From: Streptosporangiaceae bacterium
Lineage (GTDB): Bacteria > Actinomycetota > Actinomycetes > Streptosporangiales > Streptosporangiaceae
Assembly: GCA_036510065.1 (NCBI GenBank)
Contig: DATCEO010000112.1
Coordinates: 66,720 to 130,719 of the forward strand
Length of the DNA stretch: 64,000 nucleotides
Reading direction: 5' to 3'
The notes below the pieces were generated by a model. The model did not search any database. It was not told the origin of the DNA and saw only the letters and a list, made by a program, of their open reading frames with translations. A program made the position numbers and the translations under genes. Shown here one piece after another: positions 9,244-19,202 of the stretch; position 1 is the stretch's first letter; every line of letters begins with the position of its first letter.

Positions 9244-10782
9244 ATGCACGGTTCGCAGCCCAATGCCACCGTCGATCGGCTAGCGCAGGGCCGCGCGGTC
9301 GTCTTCCGCGGCGCCACGGTCCTCACCGTCGACCCGGCGGCCGGTAGCACAGCGGCGGGCGCCGCCAACGGGGCCGGCGGCGCGAGCGGGGTCATCGAGA
9401 ACGGTGACGTGCTGGTCATCGGGGAGCAGATCCAGGCCGTGGGCCGATCCCTTGCGGCGCCCGACGACGCGGTCGAGATCGATGCCTCCGGCGGCATCCT
9501 CATGCCGGGGATGGTCGACACGCACCGGCACATGTGGCAGACAGCCCAGCGGGGCCTTGGCGCCGACTGGTCGCTGACGAACTACTTCTACTTCTACTAC
9601 GTCAACTGGGGGCACGTCATGCGCCCGGAGGACGTCTACGCCGGCAACCTGCTGGCCGCGATCGAGTCCGTCGACGCCGGCGTCACGACCACGGTGGACT
9701 GGTCGCACGGGCTGCGCACCGTGGACCACGCCGAGGCCGCCGTGGACGCGCTCGAGTCGGTGCCCGGCCGGTTCGTGCTCGCCTACGGCAACCTGGCCCA
9801 GGCGCCCTGGGAGTGGGCCACGAGCCCGGAGTTCCGTGACTTCGTCGAGCGCCGGCTGGCCAGCCGCGGCGACATGCTGGGCTGGCAGATCGCATTCGAC
9901 GTGACCGGTGACCCGCAGTTCCCGGAGGAGGCGGCCTTCGCCGTGGCGCGCGAGCTGGACGCGACCGTGACCACCCACAGCGGGGTCTGGGCGGTCACGA
10001 CCGACGACAGCATCCGGCTCATCGCCGAGCACGGGTACCTCACCGACCGGCTCCGGCACGTGCACGTGTCCAGCCTGTCCCCGGACTCCTACCACCGCAT
10101 CGCCGCGTCCGGCGGCCAGGCGTCGGTGGCGGCCGAGAGCGAGTGCAGCGCCGGGCAGGGGTTCCCGTCCAGCTGGGAGCTGCGGCAGTACGGCATCCCG
10201 ATTTCGCTGTCGGTCGACACCTGCGTGTGGTGGAGCGCGGACATGTTCTCCGCCATGCGCGCCACCCTGAACGCCGACCGGATCCGCGAGCACCAGCTGG
10301 CCCACGAGCGCGCCGAGACCGTGATGAACCTGCAGCTCAGGGCCGAGGACGTGGTGCGTTACGGCACCCAGGGCGGCGCCGACCACATCGGCCTGGGCGA
10401 CCGGATCGGCAGCATCACGGCGGGCAAGCAGGCCGACCTGGTGCTGGTGCGCAATGAGCGCTCGCCGGTCATGTTCCCCGTCCTGAATCCGGCCGGCCAC
10501 GTGGTGTTCCAGGCCCAGCGCGCGGACGTGCACACGGTCATGGTGAATGGACGGGTGCTGAAGTACGAACATCAGCTGCTGCTCGACGACCAGGTGGCCC
10601 GCGCGCGCCGCGCGATCGCCGAGAGCGTCGAGCACGTCCGGTCGGCGATGGGCGACGAGGCGTGGCAGGCGGCCATGCACCCGGAGAAGGTGAGCGTCCA
10701 GCCGGTGGACAACCCCTACCAGTACAGCGATTTCCAGCCCGCGGAGCCCTCGCGCCCGGAAACCGCCCACGAGCCGTCCTGA
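9244..10782 (+). CDS. amidohydrolase family protein (metal-dependent hydrolase/deaminase-like)
   Basis: MPGMVDTHRHMW (HxH metal motif) and a later ...VTTHSG... region. Strong SD (GAAGGAGATCGAC before ATG). Confidence 0.85.
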   Translation: MHGSQPNATVDRLAQGRAVVFRGATVLTVDPAAGSTAAGAANGAGGASGVIENGDVLVIGEQIQAVGRSLAAPDDAVEIDASGGILMPGMVDTHRHMWQTAQRGLGADWSLTNYFYFYYVNWGHVMRPEDVYAGNLLAAIESVDAGVTTTVDWSHGLRTVDHAEAAVDALESVPGRFVLAYGNLAQAPWEWATSPEFRDFVERRLASRGDMLGWQIAFDVTGDPQFPEEAAFAVARELDATVTTHSGVWAVTTDDSIRLIAEHGYLTDRLRHVHVSSLSPDSYHRIAASGGQASVAAESECSAGQGFPSSWELRQYGIPISLSVDTCVWWSADMFSAMRATLNADRIREHQLAHERAETVMNLQLRAEDVVRYGTQGGADHIGLGDRIGSITAGKQADLVLVRNERSPVMFPVLNPAGHVVFQAQRADVHTVMVNGRVLKYEHQLLLDDQVARARRAIAESVEHVRSAMGDEAWQAAMHPEKVSVQPVDNPYQYSDFQPAEPSRPETAHEPS

Positions 10783-10796
10783 CGGAGGGAGCAGCC

Positions 10797-11192
10797 GTGC
10801 CCGCAGCCGAGGAAGCCGCCGCGCAGGTCCGCGCGGCGGAGGACCGGCGGTACGCCGCGATGCTGGCCGCCGACGCGACCGCGCTGGACGACCTACTCGC
10901 GGATGGCCTCGTCTACACCCACTCCAGCGGCGCACGGGAGAACAAGCAGGAGCTGCTGGCCAGGATCGGCGGCGGCGAGCTGCGCTATGTCCGGCTGGAG
11001 CACCCGGTGAGCCAGGTGGTCGTGCTCGGCGACGCCGTCCTCGTCCTCGGCGAGATGCACGGGGATGTCGTGGTCGGCGGCCAGCCCAGGCGGCTGGACA
11101 ACGCCGTCGTGGCGGTCTGGGCCGCGCAGGACGGCGGCTGGCGGCTGGCCGCCTTCCAGGGCACCCCGCTGCCCACATCACTGCCCGGCTGA
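10797..11192 (+). CDS. nuclear transport factor 2 family (DUF4440/SnoaL-like) protein
   Basis: About 130 aa with AEDRRYAAMLAADATALDDLLADGLVYTHSSG...WRLAAFQGTP. GGAGGGA SD upstream of GTG 10797. Confidence 0.68.
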   Translation: MPAAEEAAAQVRAAEDRRYAAMLAADATALDDLLADGLVYTHSSGARENKQELLARIGGGELRYVRLEHPVSQVVVLGDAVLVLGEMHGDVVVGGQPRRLDNAVVAVWAAQDGGWRLAAFQGTPLPTSLPG

Positions 11193-11396
11193 CCGACCGC
11201 TCGGCCAGCCGGCCCGGCCATGGCCAGAGCGGCGAGATGGTCTGACCATGATGAGGTTATCTTTCAGTCAATGCCAGGTATCCCCCGCTGCGCATCGCTA
11301 CGGTCAGCTTGGTCATCTGGTGGTCGGCCGCGAGCTTAGGGTGGCGAGATGACCGGGTTCTGATCGCGTGACAGAAGTGGCCGGGAGAGTCGTCGG

Positions 11397-12590
11397 ATGA
11401 CAGCGGCAGCCGCATCGCCAGAGCGGGCCTCGCCGCCTCCTGCCGGCCCCGCGCCCGATGGGGCGGGGAGGCCGACCCTCAGTGACCGGCTGCCGCGGGC
11501 CTGGCTCTTCCCGCTCCTGGCGTTCGCGGTCAGCTGGCTGCTGATCCTGGCCACCTGGTACGGCTCCGACCTGATCTATGGCCACAGCCATCCGTGGTCC
11601 TGGCATTTCATCTTCAAGGACGCCAAGTACTACCTGGGCATCGCCCAGAGCGGTTATGCCGCGAAATCACCCTTCCCGTGGGGACGCGGCACGGCGATCG
11701 GCCGCCGGACCGCCTTCTTCCCGTTGTTCCCGCTGCTGATCCGGCTGGCCAGCTACCTGACTGGCGGCAACGTCCTGATCGCCGGCCTGCTGGTCAGCGT
11801 GCTGGCCGGAGCCGCGTCGGCGCTCGGCGTCTGGCTGGTGGCCGCCCGCGTACGTGACCGTTATGTCGCCGATCGCGCCGTCATGCTGTACTGCCTGTTC
11901 CCGGGGGCTATGACGTTCGGCCTGCTGTACTCCGAGCCGCTGGCCGTGGCGCTTGGCGCGGCAGCGCTGCTGGCCGTCCTCAGCCGGCGCTGGCTGCTCG
12001 CCGGGATCATCGGCGCCGTCAGCACGGCAGAGCGGCCGACCATGATCGTTCTCGTCGCGGTCTACGGCGTGGCCGCGGTGCAGGCGATCTGGACTCGCCG
12101 TGAATGGCGTGCCCTCATCGCGCCGGCGCTCACCCCGCTCGGCATGCTGGCCTTCTTCGCCTATCTCGGCCGCCGGTATCACGACTACGCCTTCTGGTTC
12201 CGGGCCGAGAAGGACGGCTGGAACCAGCAGGTCAGCTGGGGCGCCCACACTCTCCGCATCGTCCTGTGGGCCGATCCGGGCACCTCGAAGTACGTGGTCT
12301 TCAACGTCGTGCTCATCTTCATGTTCGTCGCCGCCGTGGCCGGGGTGGCCTTGATGCTTGCCGCTCGGCTGCCGGTGCCGGTGAGCCTGTTCGGCATTCT
12401 CGTGGTCGCGGTGTCCATCGCGGACGGCAGCACCAAGCCTCGCTTCATCTGGGCCGCCTTCCCGCTGTTCATTGGCGCGGCCGCGAAACTGCCGAGGATC
12501 CTGTACTGGCCGCTGCTCACCGTGTCAGCCGGGGCCCTGGCCTTCCTGATCGGCTGGTGGCCGCACCACTACTACGGGCCTGCGCCCTGA
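11397..12590 (+). CDS. polytopic membrane protein, PIG-V/mannosyltransferase-like
   Basis: At least 8 TM helices. The motif FKDAKYYLGIAQSGY resembles the WDxxxYxxIAxxGY signature of the Mannosyl_trans2 family. Confidence 0.6.
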   Translation: MTAAAASPERASPPPAGPAPDGAGRPTLSDRLPRAWLFPLLAFAVSWLLILATWYGSDLIYGHSHPWSWHFIFKDAKYYLGIAQSGYAAKSPFPWGRGTAIGRRTAFFPLFPLLIRLASYLTGGNVLIAGLLVSVLAGAASALGVWLVAARVRDRYVADRAVMLYCLFPGAMTFGLLYSEPLAVALGAAALLAVLSRRWLLAGIIGAVSTAERPTMIVLVAVYGVAAVQAIWTRREWRALIAPALTPLGMLAFFAYLGRRYHDYAFWFRAEKDGWNQQVSWGAHTLRIVLWADPGTSKYVVFNVVLIFMFVAAVAGVALMLAARLPVPVSLFGILVVAVSIADGSTKPRFIWAAFPLFIGAAAKLPRILYWPLLTVSAGALAFLIGWWPHHYYGPAP

Positions 12591-12614
12591 GCCGACCCGC
12601 CGCGAGCGGACCAG

Positions 12615-14450
12615 CTAGTCGACGTGCCGGGCGGCGCCCTGGTCGGCGGACAGGGCCATGGCCGCGTAGGCCCGCAGCGCCGGGCTGACGGGGCGGTCGC
12701 GCTGGGCCGGCTGCCAGCCGGCCTGGTCGGCGGCCGCGCGCCGCCGCGCCAGGACCTCGTCGTCCACGACCAGGCTGATCGACCGGACCGGGATGTCGAT
12801 CTCGATGAGGTCGCCGTCCTCGACGAGGCCGATCAGGCCGCCGGCGGCGGCCTCGGGGGAGACGTGCCCGATCGACAGCCCGCTGGTGCCGCCGGAGAAC
12901 CGGCCGTCGGTGACCAGCGCGCAGGTCTGGCCGAGTCCGCGGCCCTTGAGGAAGCTGGTCGGGTAGAGCATCTCCTGCATGCCAGGCCCGCCGCGGGGTC
13001 CCTCGTACCGGATGACCACGACGTCGCCGGGCTGGATGCGCTTGCCCAGGATCGCGTCGACGGCCTCCTCCTGGCTCTCGCTGACCCGGGCCGGGCCGCG
13101 GAAGGTGAGCCGGTCCGCGGCCACGCCAGCGGTCTTGACGATCGCCCCGTCGGGGGCCAGGTTGCCGCGCAGGACGGCCAGGCCGCCGTCGGTGCTGTAG
13201 GGGGTGGCCGTGGACCGGATGCAGCCGCTGACCGCGTCGACGTCCAGGCTGTCCCAGGTCGCGGTCGAGGAGAACGCCTCGGTGGTGCGCACGCCGCCGG
13301 GGGCGGCGGAGAACAGCTCGAGCGCCTGCGGGGTGGCGGTGCCGCTGCGCACGTCCCAGGCGGCCAGCCAGTCTGCCAGGCCGGCGGCGTGCACGGCGTG
13401 CACGCCGCGGTCCAGCAGGCCGCCGCGGTCCAGCTCGCCGAGGATCGCCGGGATGCCGCCGGCCCGGTGGACGTCCTCCATGTGGTAACTCGAGCTGGGC
13501 GCGACCTTGCAGATGCAGGGCGTCACCCGGCTGAGCTCGTCGATCGCGGCCAGGTCGAAGTCGACCTCAGCCTCGCGGGCGGCCGCCAGCAGGTGCAGCA
13601 CCGTGTTCGTGGAGCCGCCCATCGCGATGTCCAGGCGCATCGCGTTGCTGAACGCGGCCCGGCTGGCGATGCTGCGCGGCAGGACGCCCGCATCGTCTTT
13701 CTCATACCACCGGCGGCACAGGTCGACGATCAGCTCGCCGGCGCGGACAAACAGGTCCCGACGCAGAGCACTCGTCGCCAGCGTCGAGCCATTGCCAGGC
13801 AGCGACAGGCCGAGCGCCTCGGTCAGGCAGTTCATCGAGTTCGCGGTGAACATGCCCGAGCACGACCCGCAGGTCGGGCAGGCCGAGCGCTCGATCGAGG
13901 CCAGCTGGTCGTCGCTGACGCTCGGGTCGGCCGACGCGGTCATCGCGTCGATCAGGTCCAGCCCGGTGCGGGCGACGCCGTCGGTCACGACGGCCTGGCC
14001 GGCCTCCATCGGGCCGCCGCTGACGAACACGGTCGGGATGTTCAGCCGCATGGCCGCGATGAGCATGCCGGGAGTGATCTTGTCGCAGTTGCTGATGCAG
14101 ACCAGCGCGTCGGCCTGATGGGCCTGGACCATGTACTCAACCGAGTCGGCGATCAGCTCGCGGCTGGGCAGGCTGTAGAGCATCCCGCCGTGGCCCATCG
14201 CGATGCCGTCGTCGACCGCGATCGTGTTGAACTCGCGGCCGACACCGCCCGCCGCGGCCACCGCGTCGGCCACCAGCGCGCCCATGTTGCGCAGGTGCAC
14301 GTGGCCGGGCACGAACTGGGTGAAGCTGTTGGCGATCGCGACGATCGGCTTGCCGAAGTCATCGTCGGTCATGCCCGTGGCCCGCCAGAGGGCACGAGCC
14401 CCGGCCATGTTGCGGCCGTGCGTAGAGGTCCGCGAACGCAGAGCAGGCAC
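12615..14450 (-). CDS. ilvD: dihydroxy-acid dehydratase
   Basis: Colinear IlvD motifs [56 protein letters not shown] and [18 protein letters not shown] upstream of GTG 14450. The 20-codon upstream extension in the ORF track was rejected. Confidence 0.96.
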   Translation of the reverse strand: MPALRSRTSTHGRNMAGARALWRATGMTDDDFGKPIVAIANSFTQFVPGHVHLRNMGALVADAVAAAGGVGREFNTIAVDDGIAMGHGGMLYSLPSRELIADSVEYMVQAHQADALVCISNCDKITPGMLIAAMRLNIPTVFVSGGPMEAGQAVVTDGVARTGLDLIDAMTASADPSVSDDQLASIERSACPTCGSCSGMFTANSMNCLTEALGLSLPGNGSTLATSALRRDLFVRAGELIVDLCRRWYEKDDAGVLPRSIASRAAFSNAMRLDIAMGGSTNTVLHLLAAAREAEVDFDLAAIDELSRVTPCICKVAPSSSYHMEDVHRAGGIPAILGELDRGGLLDRGVHAVHAAGLADWLAAWDVRSGTATPQALELFSAAPGGVRTTEAFSSTATWDSLDVDAVSGCIRSTATPYSTDGGLAVLRGNLAPDGAIVKTAGVAADRLTFRGPARVSESQEEAVDAILGKRIQPGDVVVIRYEGPRGGPGMQEMLYPTSFLKGRGLGQTCALVTDGRFSGGTSGLSIGHVSPEAAAGGLIGLVEDGDLIEIDIPVRSISLVVDDEVLARRRAAADQAGWQPAQRDRPVSPALRAYAAMALSADQGAARHVD

Positions 14451-14482
14451 CGTCGTCCTCCCGGTTATCTCAGTCCATGCGC

Positions 14483-14514
14483 GCTTGCGCCCAGGCACGC
14501 TTGCGCCCATGCAC
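14483..14514. repeat. 16-bp tandem duplication (GCTTGCGCCCAGGCAC / GCTTGCGCCCATGCAC)
   Basis: Read directly in the ilvD 5' leader; 15/16 identical. Confidence 0.85.
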
Positions 14515-14571
14515 GCAGTCAGCCTCGCCCGATCATGCTAGTCGCCATGGCCGCGGCGGCAGACCCGGGCG

Positions 14572-15576
14572 TCACGGCGCCAGGTTGGCCCAGACGAGCC
14601 TGGACACGCCCTGCGTCGTGGTGATCCCGTAGTCGAACCCGAAGGTGCCGGGACCGGCCGGGTCGTCGGTGGTGAGGACGGCCAGGGCGTAGTTGCGGCC
14701 CCGGCCGCGCACCCAGCCGATGCTGTTGACCTGCCACGGGCAGGAGGCGTCCTGCTGGGTGCAGGTCGGAACGTACTTCCAGCCGTTCTTGAGCGCCACC
14801 GTTATCCCTGGAACCGGGTTGGCGTAGTCGGGCGGCTCGCACGCGCTGCCCCACGGGCCGCAGCTGACGCCCCAGCGCTGGCCAGGGGTGACGCTCTCCA
14901 TCAGGCCGAGCCCGTAGGCTCGCGCGGCGGGCGACAGCACGCGGCCGGGATAGGCGAGGGCCCGGGCGATGGCCACCTGGTCGGCGGCGCTGGTCGTCGT
15001 GTTGCCCCAGCCGTAGTAGCTCGGCGTCTGGCAGCCGACGGTGGTGCCGCGCGTCGGGATCAGGGTGTTGAACGCCGTCAGGGCGCGGCAGCCGCCGCCG
15101 AAGTAGAACAGCGATGTCGCGGCCACGTTGTCGCTGACGGTGATCATGTTCTTCATCAGGTACTGGATCGAGTACGGGATGGCAGCCGGGATCGGGCGCG
15201 ACCTGGACTGATACCGCCGCAGCCACATGGCCAGGATGTCGGCCTTGACGATGCTGGCGGTGTACTGCGCCTGCGGAGCGCCAGAGAACAGGTAAGTCCG
15301 GCCGGTGCGCCGGTTGTAGAGCGCGACCTGCGCTACGCCCTGGCGCGAGGCCAGGTAGGCGGCCACCCCGCGCAGCGGGCTGGCGATTAGCGGCTGGGCC
15401 GCGCCCGGGCCCGTGACGGGCCTTGAATCTGGTAACGCCTGGCTGGGGCCGCGGACACTCGCCGCGCCGGCGCGGCTGCCGCTGGCTGATAACAGGCCGG
15501 CCCCGGTGGCCATCGTCGTGAGCACGAGCCCCAGCCGGATGAACCGCGCTAGGCGGGCCGAGTTCGATCCCCGCAT
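14572..15576 (-). CDS. secreted class A beta-lactamase-like serine hydrolase
   Basis: Signal peptide MRGSNSARLARFIRLGLVLTTMATGAGLL. S-x-x-K (ASIVK), SDN (VSDNVAAT) and K-N-G (ALKNGW, in place of KTG). Start taken at ATG 15576, preceded by a GGGGGAAG SD. Confidence 0.8.
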   Translation of the reverse strand: MRGSNSARLARFIRLGLVLTTMATGAGLLSASGSRAGAASVRGPSQALPDSRPVTGPGAAQPLIASPLRGVAAYLASRQGVAQVALYNRRTGRTYLFSGAPQAQYTASIVKADILAMWLRRYQSRSRPIPAAIPYSIQYLMKNMITVSDNVAATSLFYFGGGCRALTAFNTLIPTRGTTVGCQTPSYYGWGNTTTSAADQVAIARALAYPGRVLSPAARAYGLGLMESVTPGQRWGVSCGPWGSACEPPDYANPVPGITVALKNGWKYVPTCTQQDASCPWQVNSIGWVRGRGRNYALAVLTTDDPAGPGTFGFDYGITTTQGVSRLVWANLAP

Positions 15577-15737
15577 GCTTCCCCCATACCGGCGTGAGTC
15601 CTGCCGCGTGCTGGGGAAGCTATCAGTGCAGCGCCGTCGAGCGTGGGATCTGCCCACGTCAACGGCACTGCGGCGGGTTCTGCTGGCGCGGGACGTGGCG
15701 CGCGCGGCACTGCGCGGCGTCACAGGCCGGCAGGGAG

Positions 15738-16007
15738 CTAGTCCCTGGGCGCCGCCCGCCCGGCGAAGGCCGGGGCGTGCAGCTCGGAGGCCGCCCGCCG
15801 CTCGTTGAGGACGTAGCGGATGTCCGCGGTCTCATCTTCGTCGTAGCGCTCGAGAATGGCATCCAGCTCGATGAAATCGGTCGCGGTCCTGATTCCGGCC
15901 AGCTCGCGCCGGAGGATCTTGCGTGCTGAGCGGGTGTCACGCATACCGCGCAGCTCCGCCCAGATCTGCTTCAGCAGCAGGCTCGGCGAGTACGTGGTGC
16001 CCTGCAT
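15738..16007 (-). CDS. small hypothetical protein
   Basis: 89-aa ORF lying between the LysR-divergent promoter and the hydrolase gene. No family recognised. Confidence 0.45.
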   Translation of the reverse strand: MQGTTYSPSLLLKQIWAELRGMRDTRSARKILRRELAGIRTATDFIELDAILERYDEDETADIRYVLNERRAASELHAPAFAGRAAPRD

Positions 16008-16111
16008 GTAACCGTCCTAACGGGTCGTCGTCTTGTGGGTCTCATCTACTCTCGCCGATTTTGATCCATGCGTCCAATGCCTAGTTCACATATGATCTAT
16101 GCTTATGAGTT

Positions 16112-17032
16112 ATGGGTATGGATACGGATGTGCTGCGCTGGTTCCAGCAGGTCGCCGACGGCACGACGGTGACCGAGGTGAGCGAGCTGGAGTCGGTCAC
16201 TCAGCCGGCCGTCTCGCGAGCCCTGGCCCGGCTCGAGGTCGAGGTGGGGACGCCGCTGCTGCGCCGGTCCGGGCGGACGCTGCGGATGACACACGCCGGC
16301 GCGACGTTTAAGCGACATGTCGACTCGATGCTGCATCAGCTCGACGACGGCATCGCGGCCGTGAATCAGCTCATCGAGCCGGAGACCGGCGCGGTCGCCC
16401 TGGCCTTCCAGCACTCGCTGGGCACCTGGCTCGTGCCCGACCTGGTCCGCAGCTTCCGCTCGGCCCATCCGGCGGTCCGGTTCCTGCTCACTCAGGTGCG
16501 CGACGAGCTCGTCTCCGCCCCGCTGGACGGCGGCCAGGCCGACCTGGAGATCGGCAGCCGCCGCCCGGCCGATCCCGCGCTGGAGTCGAGCCTGCTGGCC
16601 GTCGAGCCGCTGCGGGTGGCCGTGCCGCAGGATCACGAGCTGGCCACGCGGCCGGGCCTCGCGCTCGCGGACCTGTCCGGCGAGCCGTTCGTGGCGCTGC
16701 GGCCGAACTCCGCCCTGCGCAAGCTGAGCGACGAGCTCTGCGACGAGGCCGGCTTCCACCCCGACGTGGTCTTCGAGGGCGATGATCTGTCCACCGTGCG
16801 CGGCTTCGTGGCGGCGGGCCTGGGCGTGGCCATTGTCCCGGCACCCCGGGCCGGATCGCCGGAATCGGCGACCGGGCCGCTGCGCTACTGCGAGATCCTC
16901 GACGTCTGGGCGGCTCGCGAGATCACCCTGACCTGGTCGACCGAGCGCCGGCTGCTGCCGGCCGCCGAGCAGTTCCGGCGGCACGTCCTGGCCCGGGCCT
17001 CGGCCGGCCGGGTGCCGGCGCTGACCAGCTGA
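16112..17032 (+). CDS. LysR family transcriptional regulator
   Basis: N-terminal wHTH LRWFQQVADGTTVTEVSELESVTQPAVSRALARLE plus a LysR substrate-binding domain. Confidence 0.9.
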   Translation: MGMDTDVLRWFQQVADGTTVTEVSELESVTQPAVSRALARLEVEVGTPLLRRSGRTLRMTHAGATFKRHVDSMLHQLDDGIAAVNQLIEPETGAVALAFQHSLGTWLVPDLVRSFRSAHPAVRFLLTQVRDELVSAPLDGGQADLEIGSRRPADPALESSLLAVEPLRVAVPQDHELATRPGLALADLSGEPFVALRPNSALRKLSDELCDEAGFHPDVVFEGDDLSTVRGFVAAGLGVAIVPAPRAGSPESATGPLRYCEILDVWAAREITLTWSTERRLLPAAEQFRRHVLARASAGRVPALTS

Positions 17033-17062
17033 GGGACGGCCCCGGCGCGCCCCCGAGGCCGG

Positions 17063-18109
17063 TCAGCCCAGGCGGCGCCGGCGGAGCCGCCAGAAGCAGA
17101 ACCCGGCCAGGGCCAGGGCGAGGATCACGAAGATCGCGGTCTCGTACCACTGAAAGGCCCAGTAGCGGCTGGCGGGCTGATAGGTGACGACCTGCCGGAG
17201 GTGCAGCCTGGCCAGCGAGGCCGTGCAGGCCTGCGGAGGCGCGGTCTGGCTCGCGCAGGCCTGCGGGGGCGGGCCGGTGAATGGGCGCCCGGCCGGGGTG
17301 ACGGTCTGATTGGACAGGACCCAGGCGCCGGGCCGGTCCACTGCCCCGACCAGGATCATCTGGCCGCCCGCCCCGGTCATCTCGGTGGTCAGGTTGCCGT
17401 TGACATTGAGGGCGGCGTCCGCACGCATCGGCGTGATGAGGTGCGGCCGGACCCACAGCGGCATCACCAGCTGGACCAGGGCGAAGACCGCCAGGGTCAC
17501 GGCCATGGCGGGCAGGGTGCGTCGGATCAGGACCCCGGCGGTGACGCCGAGGGCGAAGGCGAACGCGGCGTAGCCGACCGGGGCGAGGCCGTGCGCGCCG
17601 AACAGGTTGGGATCGAGCCAGTTGAGGCTGAGCGAGGTGTCCGGGGCGGCCTGCTGGCCCGCGCGGTAGATCGGGGCGGCCCACCAGGTGACCATGAGGG
17701 TGAGCAGGCCGGCGGTGGCCATCGCGGCCAGGCCGATCAGGCCGAGCTTGACCGCCAGCCAGCGGGTCCGGGTGACGCTCTGGCTCCAGGCCAGCCGCAG
17801 CGTGCCGGCCTCCAGCTCGCGGGTGATCAGCGGCGCGCCCCAGAACAGGCCGATGCCGGCCGGCGCCCCGTACACCACCGCGATGCCCACGAAGGCCAGC
17901 ACCTCGGAGATCGAGCCGTGCAGCCCGCTGGCGAAGCTCGCGGTGGCCCGCGCGCAGTCGCCGTGGGCCTGGCAGTCCGGGACGCCGCTGCTGGCATACA
18001 AGCTGGCCAGGTGCGGGCCGGTGACCGCCAGCAGGACCGCCAGCACCGTCAGCCCGCCGGCCGCCACGATTGTCTGGGCGCGGAATTGGCGCCAGGTCAG
18101 CCACAACAT
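17063..18109 (-). CDS. ABC-2 family transporter permease (paralogue A)
   Basis: Six TM segments. Roughly two-thirds identical by eye to the adjacent permease. Conserved extracytoplasmic cysteines (PDCQAHGDC; QACASQTAPPQAC). Confidence 0.8.
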   Translation of the reverse strand: MLWLTWRQFRAQTIVAAGGLTVLAVLLAVTGPHLASLYASSGVPDCQAHGDCARATASFASGLHGSISEVLAFVGIAVVYGAPAGIGLFWGAPLITRELEAGTLRLAWSQSVTRTRWLAVKLGLIGLAAMATAGLLTLMVTWWAAPIYRAGQQAAPDTSLSLNWLDPNLFGAHGLAPVGYAAFAFALGVTAGVLIRRTLPAMAVTLAVFALVQLVMPLWVRPHLITPMRADAALNVNGNLTTEMTGAGGQMILVGAVDRPGAWVLSNQTVTPAGRPFTGPPPQACASQTAPPQACTASLARLHLRQVVTYQPASRYWAFQWYETAIFVILALALAGFCFWRLRRRRLG

Positions 18110-18158
18110 TGCGGTTCCTCCGGATGCGGGTAGGACTGGGACAGGTGGGGAACAGCGG

Positions 18159-19202
18159 TCAGGACAGGCGGCGCTGGCGGATCCGCCAGAAGCAGAACCC
18201 GGCCAGGGCCAGGGTGAGGACGGCGAAGATCGCGATCTCGTACCACTGGAACGCCCAGTAGCGGCTCGCGGGCTGATAGGTGAGCACCTGCCGCAGGTGC
18301 AGCGCGCCCAGCGAGTTCTGGCAGGCCGTGAAGGAGTTCGTCTGGCTCAGGCAGGCCGCGGTGGGCGGCCCGGTGAATACCTGACCGGCCGGGGTAATGG
18401 TCTGGTTGGACAGGACCCAGGCACCCGGTTCGGTGGCGCCGCCGATCACGGTCATGGTGTTGTTGTTGGTGATCATCAGGCCGTTGATGTGCTGCGGGCT
18501 GACCGCCACTGTGGTCTGAACGGGCGTGATCAGGTGCGGCCGGACCCACAGCGGCATGGCCAGCTGAACCAGGGCGAAGATGGCCAGGGTAACGGCCATG
18601 GCGGGCAGGGTGCGGCGGATCAGGACCCCGGCGGTGACGCCGAGGACGAAGGCGAAGGCGGCGTAACCGATCGGGACGATGCCGCGCGCGCCGAACATCA
18701 GCGGGTCGAGCCGGTCGAAGGCGGTCGCGTGGCCGCCGCCCATGGCCAGGGTCCGGTCGAGTGGGCTGGCCCACCAGGTGATCATGAGGCTGAGCAGGCC
18801 GGCGGTGGCCATGGCGGCCAGGCCGATCAGGCCGAGCTTGACCGCCAGCCAGCGGGTCCGGGTGACGCTCTGGCTCCAGGCCAGCCGCAGGGTGCCGCCC
18901 TCGATCTCGCGGGTGATCAGCGGCGCGCCCCAGAAGACGCCCATGACGGCCGGGGCGAGGAACATGATGCCGAGACCGAGGTAGAACAGCACCTCGTAGA
19001 ACGTGCCGTTCTTCAGCTGGCTGACGAAGTTATCGGCCGCCGTCCCGCAGTTGCCGTGAGCGTGGCAGTCCGGGATGCCGCTGCTGGCATACAAGCTGGC
19101 CAGGTGCGGGCCGGTGGCGGCCAGGGCGATGGCCAGGATGGCCAGGGCGGCGGCCGCCACGATGGTCTGGGCGCGGAACTGGCGCCAGGTCAGCCAGGTC
19201 AT
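18159..19202 (-). CDS. ABC-2 family transporter permease (paralogue B)
   Basis: Tandem paralogue of 17063..18109 (MTWLTWRQFRAQTIVAA..., PDCHAHGNC, AACLSQTNSFTAC). Overlaps the ATPase stop by 4 nt. Confidence 0.8.
   Translation of the reverse strand: MTWLTWRQFRAQTIVAAAALAILAIALAATGPHLASLYASSGIPDCHAHGNCGTAADNFVSQLKNGTFYEVLFYLGLGIMFLAPAVMGVFWGAPLITREIEGGTLRLAWSQSVTRTRWLAVKLGLIGLAAMATAGLLSLMITWWASPLDRTLAMGGGHATAFDRLDPLMFGARGIVPIGYAAFAFVLGVTAGVLIRRTLPAMAVTLAIFALVQLAMPLWVRPHLITPVQTTVAVSPQHINGLMITNNNTMTVIGGATEPGAWVLSNQTITPAGQVFTGPPTAACLSQTNSFTACQNSLGALHLRQVLTYQPASRYWAFQWYEIAIFAVLTLALAGFCFWRIRQRRLS

Noticed and set aside
14451-14510. A 20-codon N-terminal extension of ilvD, or a leader peptide for branched-chain amino-acid attenuation.
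   Set aside because: The IlvD homology starts exactly at GTG 14450, which has a good Shine-Dalgarno. The upstream codons ([20 protein letters not shown]) contain no Ile/Leu/Val run.
15545-15585. tRNA-like T-loop string GAGTTCGATCCCC.
   Set aside because: It lies inside the signal-peptide coding region of the hydrolase gene. No complementary T-stem, acceptor stem or anticodon arm could be drawn.
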